Assembly (NCBI GenBank): GCA_905234485.1
Contig: CAJOHV010000005.1
Location: forward strand, 15,478-79,477
Direction of reading: 5' to 3'
From: an uncultured Bacteroidales bacterium
Lineage (GTDB): Bacteria; Bacteroidota; Bacteroidia; Bacteroidales; UBA932
DNA length: 64,000 nt
Shown in pieces: positions 18,985 to 29,201 of the stretch. Below the pieces are notes generated by a model. The model made no database searches. It saw only the letters and a program-made list of their open reading frames with translations, and had not been told where the DNA came from. Both the position numbers and the translations under genes were made by a program. Position 1 is the first letter of the stretch. The number at the start of each line of letters is the position of its first letter.

Positions 18985-21516
18985 CTATTCCGCCCAGAGT
19001 TCGTCCACGAAGATGATGGGAAGTCCGCCGGCACCGGGGTGCCAGGCGGGGATGACGCCGAGGTTGCGGGCGATCACCTTCACGTAACGGGCGGAGCGCT
19101 CCACGGGGACCTCCGCGTCCCAAATCTGAACGCTCATATCGTCAGTGCCCACTTGGCAGGTCAGCGAGCCGGCGGGGGAGAAGTCGACCCCGTCTGAGGA
19201 GACGTAGAACTCCACGTCCGTGGGCATCCATATCCACGCGCGGGCGTCCTGAAGGAAACCGGCGCCGATGCGTGTGAGCGGGCGTTCTTTCAAGAGGTCG
19301 AGCACCGCTTCGAAGTCCGTATCCTGATAGCCCTGCCAGCCGCCGGTGCGCCAGTTGAGCGATCCGCGGGCGCCGTCGATCAGGCCCTCGTCACCGCCGG
19401 CGGTGTACGAGCGCAGGTAGCGCGACACAAGGCGGATCGCTCGGTCGCGGCGCACCTGGCGGATCTTGCTGCGTGTCACGAAACTCTTTCGGCCGTCTTT
19501 CTCGGACCACGCTGTCATCTCGCAAGGCTCGTAAACGGTGAACGGCCTGTCGTAGAGGCGGGCGGGGCCGCCGGCTACGGTGTACCAGATGTTGCCCTCG
19601 CCGATTATGCTGACGCTCAGCGAGTCTTCAAACATGTCGTTGTCCATCACGAAGGCCGGGTTCGTCACGATAGTCGTCATGACCGGCGCCGACCAGCCAT
19701 CTGAGACCGGGCAGACGGGATATCTCCCAATCGCAGAGAGAACATACCAGGCGCTCATCTGGCCGCAGTCTTCATTGCCGCAAAGGCCGTCGGGGACGCT
19801 GGAGTAGAGGGTCTCGAGGATCTGCTGGACGCGGGCGTCGCGCTTGTCCGTCCGGCCGACGGCATCGTAAAGATATGCGATGTGGTGGCTGGGCTCATTG
19901 CAGTGAGCATACTGTCCGATCTGGCCGGTGATGTCGGCCTGGTTGCGGCCGGTGGTCTTTTCGGGGGCGGCGAACAGCGAGTCCAGCCGCGCCTCGAAGG
20001 CGGCCGGGCCGCCGAGCGCCTCGATCAATCCCGGTATGTCGTGAGGCACGAAGAAACTGTACTGCCAGGAGTTGGCCTCAGTGTAATTGTTATTCACTTC
20101 GCGCGGATCGAAAGGGGAGTACCAGCGTCCGTTGAGACGGGCGCGCATAAAACCGGTCTGCGGGTCGAGAACGTTTTTCCAGTACTGCGACGAAGTCATA
20201 AACTCCTCGTATTCTTTCATATGCCCCAGTTTGAGGGCCACCTGTGCCACGCACCAGTCGTCGAAGGCGTATTCGAGCGTCTTGGACACGCTTTCGTGTT
20301 CGTCGTCTGCCAGCACGAGCCCGTTGCGGCGGAAACTGTCCATGCCGAAGGCGGGGTTGCGCGCGGAGGCGACGAGGGCTTCGAAGGCGTGTTCGTAGTC
20401 GAATCCCGTCAGACCGTGAGCAATGGCATCTGCAATCACGGGCGCGCTGTTGTAGCCTATCATACAGTTGGTCTCCCAGCCGGAGAGTTCCCATACGGGC
20501 AGTTTGCCCGCTTCGTCATAGACGGAGAGCATAGTCCGGATGAAGTCCACGGTCCGCTCGGGCTCGATCTCGGTCAACAGGGGATGCAGGCCGCGGAAAG
20601 TGTCCCATAGCGAGAAAACGGTATAGCGCTCCCAGCCGTTGGCCTTGTGGACCTGACCATCCATGCCGAGGTATTCTCCGTTAACATCAGAATACAGCGA
20701 AGGATGTATGGCGGTGTGGTAGAGCGCGGTGTAAAAACGAGTGCGATGTTCGCGGTCGCGATACGGGCATTCGACCTTTGAGAGATACTGATTCCAAGCT
20801 TTTTCGGTTGACTTCCTGAGCGCCTTCATAGAGAGGGGATACTCGCTCAGAAGATTCTGGCGGGCGTTTTCCCAGGAGACGGAAGAAATGCCGACCCTGA
20901 CGGCAACCTTGTTGGTGTTGAAACCGAAAACTGCCTTCGTGTCATGAATATCGACATTCGTGAAGGGTGCCGAGAACTCCATGTAGAAATAAACCCTTTG
21001 CCCACGCGCCCAACTGTTGGATGTCCTGTGGCCATAGCAGGCATTGCCATTCACCTCAATCGAGCAGTCCTCCAGGGAGTCGCGGTGCTTTAAGTCAACG
21101 GCTATCAGCGCTTTGTCATTAAACAGATATTCGTGCAGAGCGCAGCGGCGGCCGGCGGCTAGCCTCGCCAGCACGCGGGTGTCCTCGAGCCAGACTTCGT
21201 AGAAGCCTGGCGAGGCCTTCTCCCGCTTGTGGCTGAAGCGTGAAGCCCGGCCGCCCGGTACCACCAGTATGTCGCACCAGTCGTCGCATCCCGTGCCGCT
21301 CAGATGAGTGTGAGAAAAGCCGTAGATGAGGCTGTCCGAATAGTGATAACCGCTGCAACCGTCCCAGTCGCCGGGGTTTGGCCGCGTGTCCGGACTCAGT
21401 TGGATCTGTCCAAAGGGATAGGCCGCTCCGGGAAAGGTGTGGCCGTGCGCGTCAGTGCCCACGAAAGGGTTGACGAACGGCAGCAGCGAGAGCAAAAATA
21501 GCAGTACGGTTGTCAT
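18985..21516 (-). CDS. GH92 alpha-mannosidase-like protein with C-terminal F5/8-type domain
   Basis: VNPFVGT, GFSHTHLSGTG, FSLWDTFR, CMIGY, TEANSWQYSF, GNEDCGQMSAW. Confidence 0.93.
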   Translation of the reverse strand: MTTVLLFLLSLLPFVNPFVGTDAHGHTFPGAAYPFGQIQLSPDTRPNPGDWDGCSGYHYSDSLIYGFSHTHLSGTGCDDWCDILVVPGGRASRFSHKREKASPGFYEVWLEDTRVLARLAAGRRCALHEYLFNDKALIAVDLKHRDSLEDCSIEVNGNACYGHRTSNSWARGQRVYFYMEFSAPFTNVDIHDTKAVFGFNTNKVAVRVGISSVSWENARQNLLSEYPLSMKALRKSTEKAWNQYLSKVECPYRDREHRTRFYTALYHTAIHPSLYSDVNGEYLGMDGQVHKANGWERYTVFSLWDTFRGLHPLLTEIEPERTVDFIRTMLSVYDEAGKLPVWELSGWETNCMIGYNSAPVIADAIAHGLTGFDYEHAFEALVASARNPAFGMDSFRRNGLVLADDEHESVSKTLEYAFDDWCVAQVALKLGHMKEYEEFMTSSQYWKNVLDPQTGFMRARLNGRWYSPFDPREVNNNYTEANSWQYSFFVPHDIPGLIEALGGPAAFEARLDSLFAAPEKTTGRNQADITGQIGQYAHCNEPSHHIAYLYDAVGRTDKRDARVQQILETLYSSVPDGLCGNEDCGQMSAWYVLSAIGRYPVCPVSDGWSAPVMTTIVTNPAFVMDNDMFEDSLSVSIIGEGNIWYTVAGGPARLYDRPFTVYEPCEMTAWSEKDGRKSFVTRSKIRQVRRDRAIRLVSRYLRSYTAGGDEGLIDGARGSLNWRTGGWQGYQDTDFEAVLDLLKERPLTRIGAGFLQDARAWIWMPTDVEFYVSSDGVDFSPAGSLTCQVGTDDMSVQIWDAEVPVERSARYVKVIARNLGVIPAWHPGAGGLPIIFVDELWAE

Positions 21517-22916
21517 TATTTATCGAGCCACTTCGTTATCGATTCGGACTTGACCTTGAACCAGTTGTTCGAATTGTTCTCGAGCAGGCGGTATTCGCCG
21601 TGGTTACCCCAGGATGCGGGGGCGTCTTTCAGAGTCATATCTTCTCCAGTGTCGTTGGGGACATATTCGGAGAACAGTTTCTGCCAGGTCCTGATACGCT
21701 CCGCGCCCGCGGCCTGGCCGGTCCATGGATTGTCGATGGTGGAGAAATCTCTCAGATACTCGGTATACTTCGCGCGGAATTCACTGATGCTCAGAACCTT
21801 AGCGATGAAAGGCTGGTCGTCGGAGCCCCAATGATAGGGATCCTGGCGGCCGGAATCGTTCTGAACTCCCACGTTGTGCGACGTGCCGAGGGTGTTGTCG
21901 AGGTCATAGGGCAGCATGAACACTTTGTAGTTCTCCATATCACGGCTGTTGAAATAGAGATAGAAGTTGTTCATATTGTTCCAGTAGTCGTCCCAGTGGC
22001 CGAGGGCTACATAGGCGGCGTACATTTTCAGCAGCAGGTCCACATCGCAGACTTTGTTGAGCCATTCCTTCAATTCGTCTCCCTGCATACGGTTCAGTTT
22101 GCTGATGAAACTCAGTAACTGCGACCTCGCATTTGCAAAGTCTTCCTTCTCTCCATTTTTCAACTCATAAGGATATGATTGCGAGGTGTTGTCGTCGTAG
22201 TGGAAACGCCAACTGTCGGTTCCCTTCAGGTTGGCGCCCCAGGAGCATTTCCAGAGCCATCCGTCAGCGGAGCCGAACTGCTCCTTACGCCTTTTCACAT
22301 AGCGCATGTCTATCGACTCAATCATCAGGTAGACACCGAAATAGACTGGGGCGTCTGAGCCGATTTTGAGGTTCAACCTACACCACGAAGTCATAGGCGC
22401 AGTCCAGACCCCATATCTTGAGAGGAGGTCATACGAGAAATGCTCCCTGATGTAGGTGGGGTCTTCTTTTGCGTATTTGAGATTGATTCTGCGTATGCCG
22501 TCGAAACTGCCTTCGTCAGAGAACTTCCTGCAGTTGAGGCCGAAATGCACTCGCCGCCAATGAGTATCCTTTGTTTTGTGCTTATCTCCCTCCCTGCCCT
22601 CAGGACGCCGGCGGGATGTGTTACCTCTGAGCCTCAGTCCCACATTCTTCACGGTCAGCGTTTCATCGTCTCTTTCGAGGCTGACCTCGTCGCATCTCAC
22701 ATATTCCGGGGTGTGATTGTCCGCATCGTATTTCTCCAGAAGGCTGTTCCACTCGTTCAGGCTGATACTGATATTGATTTCCGGAAGCCGGGTGTCGTCG
22801 AATACTGCCTGCGCTTCGGCAAAAGTGCCTTTGTTCTCTTCAGGTTTCACGATTTCCTTCTCCACTTCGCATGAAATGAAGAGCAGCAAGAGCGGAAGAA
22901 AACGAAAGAATTTCAC
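21516..22916 (-). CDS. CotH kinase-family lipoprotein
   Basis: Lipobox FISC; GLRLRGNTSR, DPTYIRE, WDDYW..NNFYLY, PYDLDNTLG. Confidence 0.85.
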   Translation of the reverse strand: MKFFRFLPLLLLFISCEVEKEIVKPEENKGTFAEAQAVFDDTRLPEINISISLNEWNSLLEKYDADNHTPEYVRCDEVSLERDDETLTVKNVGLRLRGNTSRRRPEGREGDKHKTKDTHWRRVHFGLNCRKFSDEGSFDGIRRINLKYAKEDPTYIREHFSYDLLSRYGVWTAPMTSWCRLNLKIGSDAPVYFGVYLMIESIDMRYVKRRKEQFGSADGWLWKCSWGANLKGTDSWRFHYDDNTSQSYPYELKNGEKEDFANARSQLLSFISKLNRMQGDELKEWLNKVCDVDLLLKMYAAYVALGHWDDYWNNMNNFYLYFNSRDMENYKVFMLPYDLDNTLGTSHNVGVQNDSGRQDPYHWGSDDQPFIAKVLSISEFRAKYTEYLRDFSTIDNPWTGQAAGAERIRTWQKLFSEYVPNDTGEDMTLKDAPASWGNHGEYRLLENNSNNWFKVKSESITKWLDK

Positions 22917-23872
22917 AATTTGACGTCTTTAAGGAGTTCTTCGAGCACGGGTTGCACCAGCGCATCCATCACCTGGAAACCGGCGAGTTCCGGATGTACT
23001 CCGTCATTGGCATAAGGCTTCGGGAAGCCGCCGTCCTCGTCCACCAGCGGGGTATAGTAATCGATGAAAGGATAGCCTTTTTCCTCGCACCATGCTTTGA
23101 TCAGTTCGTTGGCCTCCAGAATATGCGAAACAACGGTAACGCCCTCTTTCGAAGGTTTCCAGTCGTCTGCCCACCACCATATCTTGTTGCAGGGCGTAAG
23201 CGAGCCGATGACGACCTTGATCTTGGCCTCTTCGGCCTGTGCGGCCATTTTCTGAATGTTCGCGAGGATCGCGCTGCTCTCCACATAGGCGCCGTCGTTC
23301 TCCGCCACGTCGTTAATGCCGCACATAATGTGCACCACATACGGATCATTGTCCACGACGTCTTTCTTGAAGCGCGCGGCGATGGTCTTCGAGGTCTGGC
23401 CGTCGATGCCCTTGCCCATATACCCGTTGGACATGAAGAAAGAGACATCGGTCTGGGGCCACAGTCGGGTGATTGAATCGCCTATGAACACGGCCTTGCG
23501 CGTGTGCGTCACCGGCGGTGCGGGCGGAGCCGCCTTGAGAGTGGTGAACTCCTGCTCGAGCCAATCGGAAACCTCTCCGTCTCGTTCGCTGCGCACCTTG
23601 AACACCAGCGGCGTGTTGTCCGGCAGACCCACGGCGGTCACGCTGCATTCTTCGGCAGTGCCCTCCGTGGAGAAACCATCTCCCTGGACCGTCCAGCGGT
23701 AGATTTTGGCCGCCTCCACATAGTTCCATCGTACAGAAATGGAAGAATCGGTCACGCTGAGGACTTGCAGGCCCGCCGGCCTCTTAAGAGGCGGAATGTC
23801 CGCGCTTGGTTTTTCAGCGCAGGCGGTCAGGGCTAACAGCGCAAGAAAGAGAATGTGTGCCAGTTTTTTCAT
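22913..23872 (-). CDS. SGNH/GDSL hydrolase lipoprotein with N-terminal Fn3 domain
   Basis: Lipobox LTAC; VFIGDSIT, GIDGQT, GIND, DGVHP. Confidence 0.9.
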   Translation of the reverse strand: MKKLAHILFLALLALTACAEKPSADIPPLKRPAGLQVLSVTDSSISVRWNYVEAAKIYRWTVQGDGFSTEGTAEECSVTAVGLPDNTPLVFKVRSERDGEVSDWLEQEFTTLKAAPPAPPVTHTRKAVFIGDSITRLWPQTDVSFFMSNGYMGKGIDGQTSKTIAARFKKDVVDNDPYVVHIMCGINDVAENDGAYVESSAILANIQKMAAQAEEAKIKVVIGSLTPCNKIWWWADDWKPSKEGVTVVSHILEANELIKAWCEEKGYPFIDYYTPLVDEDGGFPKPYANDGVHPELAGFQVMDALVQPVLEELLKDVKL

Positions 23873-23949
23873 TATGCGTTTCCGTAATCGAGGTAAAGTT
23901 ACCTATTTTTTCCTATCTTCGTAACCCAGTAGTGTAATCACAATCAATT

Positions 23950-25398
23950 ATGGCAGTCAAATTCTACAAATCAGATAACCAGGTCCCCCTGGAGATGCAC
24001 AAAGTGCGCGTTGTTCAGAAACTCACCCTTCTTCCGGTGGAAGAGCGTCTCAAACGCATCCAGGAAGCGGGCAACAACACCTTCCTTCTCCAGAACAAGG
24101 ATATATATATGGATATGCTCACCGATTCCGGAGTGAACGGTATGTCGGATGAGCAGGTCGCTTCGATGAGCATCGCAGACGACTCCTATGCCGGCTCGGA
24201 GACCTTCAACCGCGTTAAGGCGGCAGTGAAGGAGGTCTTCGGCACGGATAACGTTCTCCCGGCGCACCAGGGGCGCGCGGCGGAGAACATCCTGGCCGAA
24301 GCCTACGTTAAGCCGGGCATGGTGGCTCTGATGAACTTCCATTTCACCACCACCAAGGCTCACATCACCCGCCTGGGCGGCGAGGTGGTGGAACTTGTGG
24401 CGAAGGAAGGACTCATCCCCGCGAGCGACAATCCGTTTAAGGGCAATTTCGACCTGGACGCTCTGCGTAAAGCCATAAAGAAATACGGCGCGGACAAAGT
24501 CGCATTCGTGCGTGTCGAGGCCGGCACTAACCTCATCGGCGGCCAGCCCGTCTCGCTCGAGAATATGCTCGCCGTGACCGACATCTGCCACGAATTCGGC
24601 GTGAAGAGCGTGCTGGACGCATCGCTCCTGCAGGACAACGTGTACTTTATGAAGACACGCGAGCCCCGCTGCAAGTTCATGACCACCAAAGAGATCTACC
24701 ACGTCCTTGCAGACCGCTTCGATATAATCTACTTCAGCGCCCGCAAACTCGGTTTCTCCCGCGGAGGAATCATCACCGCGCACGACAAGAAGTTCACCGA
24801 GGAGATGATGGAATTCGTGCCTCTCTATGAAGGCTTCCTCACCTATGGCGGTATGGAGGTCCGTTCTATGGAGGCCATGGCGGTGGGACTCTACGAGTCG
24901 CTGGATATGGAATACATCAGCCAGGGTCCAGAGTTCATCGCGTATCTCGTGAAGGAACTGGATGACTACGGCGTTCCCGTGATCAAGCCTGCAGGCGGTC
25001 TGGGCGCTCACCTCAATTGTTCGGAGATCGTGCCGAACATCCCTCACGACCAGTATCCGGCCGCGGCGGTCGGCGCTGCGCTCTACATTGCCGGCGGTAT
25101 CCGCGGAATGGAGCGCGGCACGGTGAGCGAGCAGCGTGAGCCGGACGGAACGGAACGTTACGCCGAACTCGAGCTGCAGCGCCTCGCCATGCCGCGCCGC
25201 GTGTTCACCCTTTCGCAGGTCAAGTACTGCGCAGACCGTGTGAAGTGGCTGTGGGACAACCGAGAACTCATCGGCGGACTCCAGTGGACCTACGAGCCCA
25301 AGGTCCTCCGCTTCTTTTTCGGCCGCATGACCGAAATCGGCTACTGGCAGGAAGACCTCGTGAAGAAGTTCCGCGCCGACTTCGGCGATTCGCTGTAG
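23950..25398 (+). CDS. tnaA: Tryptophanase / beta-eliminating lyase (PLP)
   Basis: DMLTDSG, HQGRAAE, NFHFTTT, GGQPVS, YEGFLTYGG, RLAMPRRV; PLP lysine in FSARK; tryptophanase versus tyrosine phenol-lyase not resolved. Confidence 0.8.
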   Translation: MAVKFYKSDNQVPLEMHKVRVVQKLTLLPVEERLKRIQEAGNNTFLLQNKDIYMDMLTDSGVNGMSDEQVASMSIADDSYAGSETFNRVKAAVKEVFGTDNVLPAHQGRAAENILAEAYVKPGMVALMNFHFTTTKAHITRLGGEVVELVAKEGLIPASDNPFKGNFDLDALRKAIKKYGADKVAFVRVEAGTNLIGGQPVSLENMLAVTDICHEFGVKSVLDASLLQDNVYFMKTREPRCKFMTTKEIYHVLADRFDIIYFSARKLGFSRGGIITAHDKKFTEEMMEFVPLYEGFLTYGGMEVRSMEAMAVGLYESLDMEYISQGPEFIAYLVKELDDYGVPVIKPAGGLGAHLNCSEIVPNIPHDQYPAAAVGAALYIAGGIRGMERGTVSEQREPDGTERYAELELQRLAMPRRVFTLSQVKYCADRVKWLWDNRELIGGLQWTYEPKVLRFFFGRMTEIGYWQEDLVKKFRADFGDSL

Positions 25399-26082
25399 TT
25401 AGCGGGTGCGGATAGAACCGACGCCGTGGACGCTCGGGCGGAATGATGTCGCTTCGAGTCCGGTGGCGTCGATGTCACCTGCTCCGTTGATGGTAAGACA
25501 GGCGCGGTCTACCGTTCCTGCTACCGTGATATCTCCGGCACCGTTCATAGTCACATCCAGATCGGCGGCCTGAAGGCCTTTGAGATCAAGGTCTGCGGCT
25601 CCGTTGCACCTGATGGTGACGTCCTCTGCTTCAAGGCCGAATATGTCCAGATCGCCGGCGCCGTTGAGCGTGAGCGAGAAATCTCCTTTAGAGCGTATTC
25701 CGTGCTTGCACTCCATATCCACTGCTCCGTTGATAGTGAGTTCAGAGAGCAGGTCGGAAGTGACATAGATTTTCGTGTTCTTGAATGAACGTATCTTCTT
25801 GTCGTCGCTCTTGATGACAAGTTCGCCGTCGCCGTCGGGTTCCACCAAGATATGCTCCATATACTTCTCGGGGGCCACAATCACCACCTTCGGAGCGCCT
25901 GATTCATAGACCACGTCTCCGGGAACATTGATGGTGAGCACATCGAAAGGAGCCACATCGAAGGTGCGGGTTATCTCTTTCGAACTTCCGGACAATTCGC
26001 TTTCGCTTGAACCGGACACGGTGAACACACAAGAGGTGAGAGCTGCGAGACAGACCGCAGTCAGCAGGAAAAATCTTTTCAT
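25399..26082 (-). CDS. DUF2807 (head GIN domain) lipoprotein
   Basis: Lipobox LTSC; repeated xNGAGDx beta-solenoid motifs. Confidence 0.88.
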   Translation of the reverse strand: MKRFFLLTAVCLAALTSCVFTVSGSSESELSGSSKEITRTFDVAPFDVLTINVPGDVVYESGAPKVVIVAPEKYMEHILVEPDGDGELVIKSDDKKIRSFKNTKIYVTSDLLSELTINGAVDMECKHGIRSKGDFSLTLNGAGDLDIFGLEAEDVTIRCNGAADLDLKGLQAADLDVTMNGAGDITVAGTVDRACLTINGAGDIDATGLEATSFRPSVHGVGSIRTR

Positions 26083-26414
26083 ATCAAATCTTTGAGATTA
26101 ATGCCAAGCAGGTTGGCGCGTTTTACAAATTCGGGTAATTCTTCGGTGATAAATTTCTGTTTTTCTGTCTTGAGGATGGCCTGTTTCGCATCTTCGCTCA
26201 CGAAGAAGCCGATTCCTCTCTTCTGGAAGATGACGCCACGGTCAGTGAGTTCGTCGTAGGAGCGGGCCACCGTGTTCGGATTCACGCCTATCGTGGCGCC
26301 CCACTCGCGGACGGAAGGGATGCGCCCTCCCGGCTCCAACTTGCCGGACAGGATCTGCTCGCAGATGCCGTCCGCGATCTGGATGTAGATCGGTTTGTTC
26401 TCGTTGAATTCCAT
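26079..26414 (-). CDS. GntR-family (YtrA-type) regulator
   Basis: KPIYIQIAD, RIPSVRE, VNPNTVARSY, RGIGFFV; short C-terminus; in an ABC operon. Confidence 0.93.
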   Translation of the reverse strand: MEFNENKPIYIQIADGICEQILSGKLEPGGRIPSVREWGATIGVNPNTVARSYDELTDRGVIFQKRGIGFFVSEDAKQAILKTEKQKFITEELPEFVKRANLLGINLKDLI

Positions 26415-26419
26415 AGCTG

Positions 26420-27235
26420 CTAGTGTTTTACGGTACGCAAACGCAGATAACTGAGACCCATCAGAATCGCTACCTCAATATAAAGGATAGCCTCTCCGAA
26501 GACGATGATCTTACGGGCAGCGGTCTCCGGATCTTCATCGAACATCCTCAGGAAGACATTGGCGTCCTGATCCATAAATGCTCCGGCTGCTACTGACATT
26601 GCCGTAGAAATAAAGATAGACAGAGCGAACAGAGCCAGGATAGTCTTGCCTACTTTTCCTTTCTTGAAAATCATCGCGCCAAGGAGGAAGAAAAGGACGG
26701 AAGAAGCCCAGTTGCCCCAGGCGACACCTGTAAATCCTATTTTCATACCATCGGGGATTTCGATCTCCGAGATTATCTCGTCAAAAGGTATTTTCACGAT
26801 AGGGGTACCGTAGGAATTGGGGAAAATAAGCCCCATCAGGGTATCCGAGCCCAGGTAAAGAGCGCTGAGACAGAGCGGAGCGGCCAGACACAGAACTACC
26901 ATCATCGAGAGCCATTTCTCGAAGGTGGATGCAGGCAGCATCAAAAAGGAGGAACCTGCACGCTTGTCAGTGATCGAGCCATATCCCTTGGTAGGAAAAA
27001 CGATGCAGGCAACAGCTACACATACGAGTCCCGAAACTATTCTTATCGGCATTATTGCGTCCCCGTTCATCATAAGATGTCCCGAGAAAATGAGTGAGAA
27101 AAGTTCGGACACCACGAAAACGATGGCCGGGAGAAGGCCGAGTACTATAAGACTCAGGCCGAAGTTGTTCCAGGCGTTTTCAAGGTCGAAACAAAGATAC
27201 TTGCCGAACCTTTTGGGGGAAAATACATTATTCAT
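26420..27235 (-). CDS. ABC-2-type membrane protein
   Basis: About 6 TM segments, FLMLPASTFEK motif, located between ATPase and GntR. Confidence 0.8.
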   Translation of the reverse strand: MNNVFSPKRFGKYLCFDLENAWNNFGLSLIVLGLLPAIVFVVSELFSLIFSGHLMMNGDAIMPIRIVSGLVCVAVACIVFPTKGYGSITDKRAGSSFLMLPASTFEKWLSMMVVLCLAAPLCLSALYLGSDTLMGLIFPNSYGTPIVKIPFDEIISEIEIPDGMKIGFTGVAWGNWASSVLFFLLGAMIFKKGKVGKTILALFALSIFISTAMSVAAGAFMDQDANVFLRMFDEDPETAARKIIVFGEAILYIEVAILMGLSYLRLRTVKH

Positions 27236-28058
27236 GGCTGAAAATTCCTTTTACGAGTTCTTTATTGTTGTGGACTGCATTGAAGAGCGCTTCGACATTG
27301 ACCTTGCTCTCCTTGCCGGTAGTGTTGGGATAGACCTGGATAAAGCCGCCGGGGAGCTGCTCCGCATAGAGCGAGCCGGGCTGGATCTGGTTACCGTAGT
27401 CGAAGAAGAGCTTCGAGCTGATTTCTTCGATAGAGGCGTTTAGAAGAACATCGCAGCGGTCGAGGATGACGATCGGGTCGATTACGTTCTCGAGGTCGCG
27501 TACCTGATGGGTGCTGATTACGATGGTCGAATCTTCGCGGGTGTACTTCATAATAGCTGCACGGAACTGCGCCTTCGAGGGGATGTCGAGACCGTTTGTA
27601 GGCTCATCCATCAGGAGGTACTGAGTTCCAGCCGCGAGGGCGAAAGCGATGTAGGCCTTCTTAAGTTGGCCTGCAGACATCGAGTTCATCTTCTGGCTGC
27701 CGTCTGTCTCGAACTCCTTCATTATATTAATATAGGTGTCGAAGTTGAAGTTCGGCCAGAACTTACCGTTTGCCTTAGCCCACCTGTCGGCGGTAGTGTT
27801 GAGAGGAGCCACCTCATCGGGGAGGTAGTAGATGTTCTCGAGGAAAGAGGGCAATCTCTTGTACGGATCCGCTCCGTCTGCTACGATGCTCCCCTCCTGA
27901 GCTTTCTTGAGACCGCAGAGCAGAGTAAGGAGAGTAGTCTTGCCTACTCCGTTCTCTCCGAGAAGACCGTAGATCTTCCCCGCCTCAAGCTTCATTGAGA
28001 TGTTGTTCAGTACGTTTTTGGGACCGTAGCTGAAGGCTAAATTTTTAATCTCGATCAT
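27228..28058 (-). CDS. ABC transporter ATP-binding protein
   Basis: GENGVGKTT, MSAGQ, LLMDEPTNGLD, ISTH. Confidence 0.95.
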   Translation of the reverse strand: MIEIKNLAFSYGPKNVLNNISMKLEAGKIYGLLGENGVGKTTLLTLLCGLKKAQEGSIVADGADPYKRLPSFLENIYYLPDEVAPLNTTADRWAKANGKFWPNFNFDTYINIMKEFETDGSQKMNSMSAGQLKKAYIAFALAAGTQYLLMDEPTNGLDIPSKAQFRAAIMKYTREDSTIVISTHQVRDLENVIDPIVILDRCDVLLNASIEEISSKLFFDYGNQIQPGSLYAEQLPGGFIQVYPNTTGKESKVNVEALFNAVHNNKELVKGIFSHE

Positions 28059-28066
28059 ATCTTTTT

Positions 28067-28100
28067 GCGTGTATTAGTTTAATAGTACACTGCAAAGGTA
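28067..28100 (-). promoter_or_regulatory. Promoter (-7 TACCTTTG) with adjacent palindromic GntR/YtrA-type operator
   Basis: GTGTA-N12-TACAC at 28069-28090; identical 34-mer at 63437-63470. Confidence 0.8.
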
Positions 28101-28159
28101 CAGCGATTTTTTTAATATGCAAGAATTCTCGCAAAAAATTTTAGTTAACTTTGAATAAT

Positions 28160-29197
28160 ATGAAACGATATCTGATTCTTGCAGCTTTGCTGGCTCTCGT
28201 ATCTTGCCAGAAAACCCCGAATGTTTACACCCTAAAAGCGGGCGACATAACGATGAGTGTCACCGATTTCGGCGCTCGCGTGATGAGGCTGACTGCGCCC
28301 GACCGCGACGGGAATGTCGCGAACATAGTTATCGGTCACGAAACCGCCGCCGAATATATTCACCCCACCGGCGAGCGCTTTCTCGGCGCATGCGTGGGCC
28401 CGGTCGCGAACAGAATCGGAGCCGCTCAGTTCGAATTGGATGGGGTTGTGTACCATACCCCTATTAATGACAACGGCCACAACACGCTCCACGGCGGGTT
28501 CAAAGGCGTAGACAATCTCTTCTGGGATGTCAAGTCTGTGACCGACAGTTCAATCGTGTTCCACCTTCTGCATCCCGACGGACTGGAAGGCTGGCCGGGG
28601 AATCTGGATATCACGATGACATATGCGCTTAACTCGCAGAACGAGTTCAGGATTTCATATCTTGCCACCACGGACAAAGCCACACCCGTCAATCTGACGC
28701 ACCATCCATTCTTCTGCCTGCGCGGCGATGGCCAGGGCAGGGTCGAGGAGTATCTGATGACAATCAACGCCTCTCACTATATCCCCATCGATGCGGAGAG
28801 CATCCCGACGGGCGAAATCGCTCCCGTCGAAGGTACTCCCTTCGATTTCCGCGAGCCTCACCTGATCGGCGAGCGCATCGGCCTCGACGACCAGCAGCTC
28901 GTCAACGCGCGCGGCTACGACCACAACTGGTGCATAGACAAGAGCACCGACGGCGTGGAACTTATTTGCACAGTCGAAGATCCCGTTTCAGGCCGCTTCA
29001 TCGAAATCTTGACGGACCAGCCCGGTCTGCAATTCTACAGCGGCAATTTCTTCACCGGAGACGAATACCGCACTTCTTTAGCCCTCGAGACACAAAAATA
29101 TCCGGATGCTGTTAATCATCCGGATTTCACGCCTGAGATCCTCCGACCCGGCGAGGAGTATTCCCACACCTGTATCTACAGGTTCAGTGTGAGATAG
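28160..29197 (+). CDS. galM: Aldose 1-epimerase (mutarotase), lipoprotein
   Basis: ANRIG, NTLHGG, NLTHH, GYDHNW, QPGLQFYSGN, ALETQ; start MKRYLILAALLALVSC. Confidence 0.92.
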   Translation: MKRYLILAALLALVSCQKTPNVYTLKAGDITMSVTDFGARVMRLTAPDRDGNVANIVIGHETAAEYIHPTGERFLGACVGPVANRIGAAQFELDGVVYHTPINDNGHNTLHGGFKGVDNLFWDVKSVTDSSIVFHLLHPDGLEGWPGNLDITMTYALNSQNEFRISYLATTDKATPVNLTHHPFFCLRGDGQGRVEEYLMTINASHYIPIDAESIPTGEIAPVEGTPFDFREPHLIGERIGLDDQQLVNARGYDHNWCIDKSTDGVELICTVEDPVSGRFIEILTDQPGLQFYSGNFFTGDEYRTSLALETQKYPDAVNHPDFTPEILRPGEEYSHTCIYRFSVR

Positions 29198-29201
29198 CGC
29201 T

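Noticed and set aside
19900-19902. GH92 motif reads HCNEPSHH instead of the usual HGNEPSHH
   Set aside because: A single-base difference with the other catalytic motifs intact; cannot be told apart from polymorphism or error.
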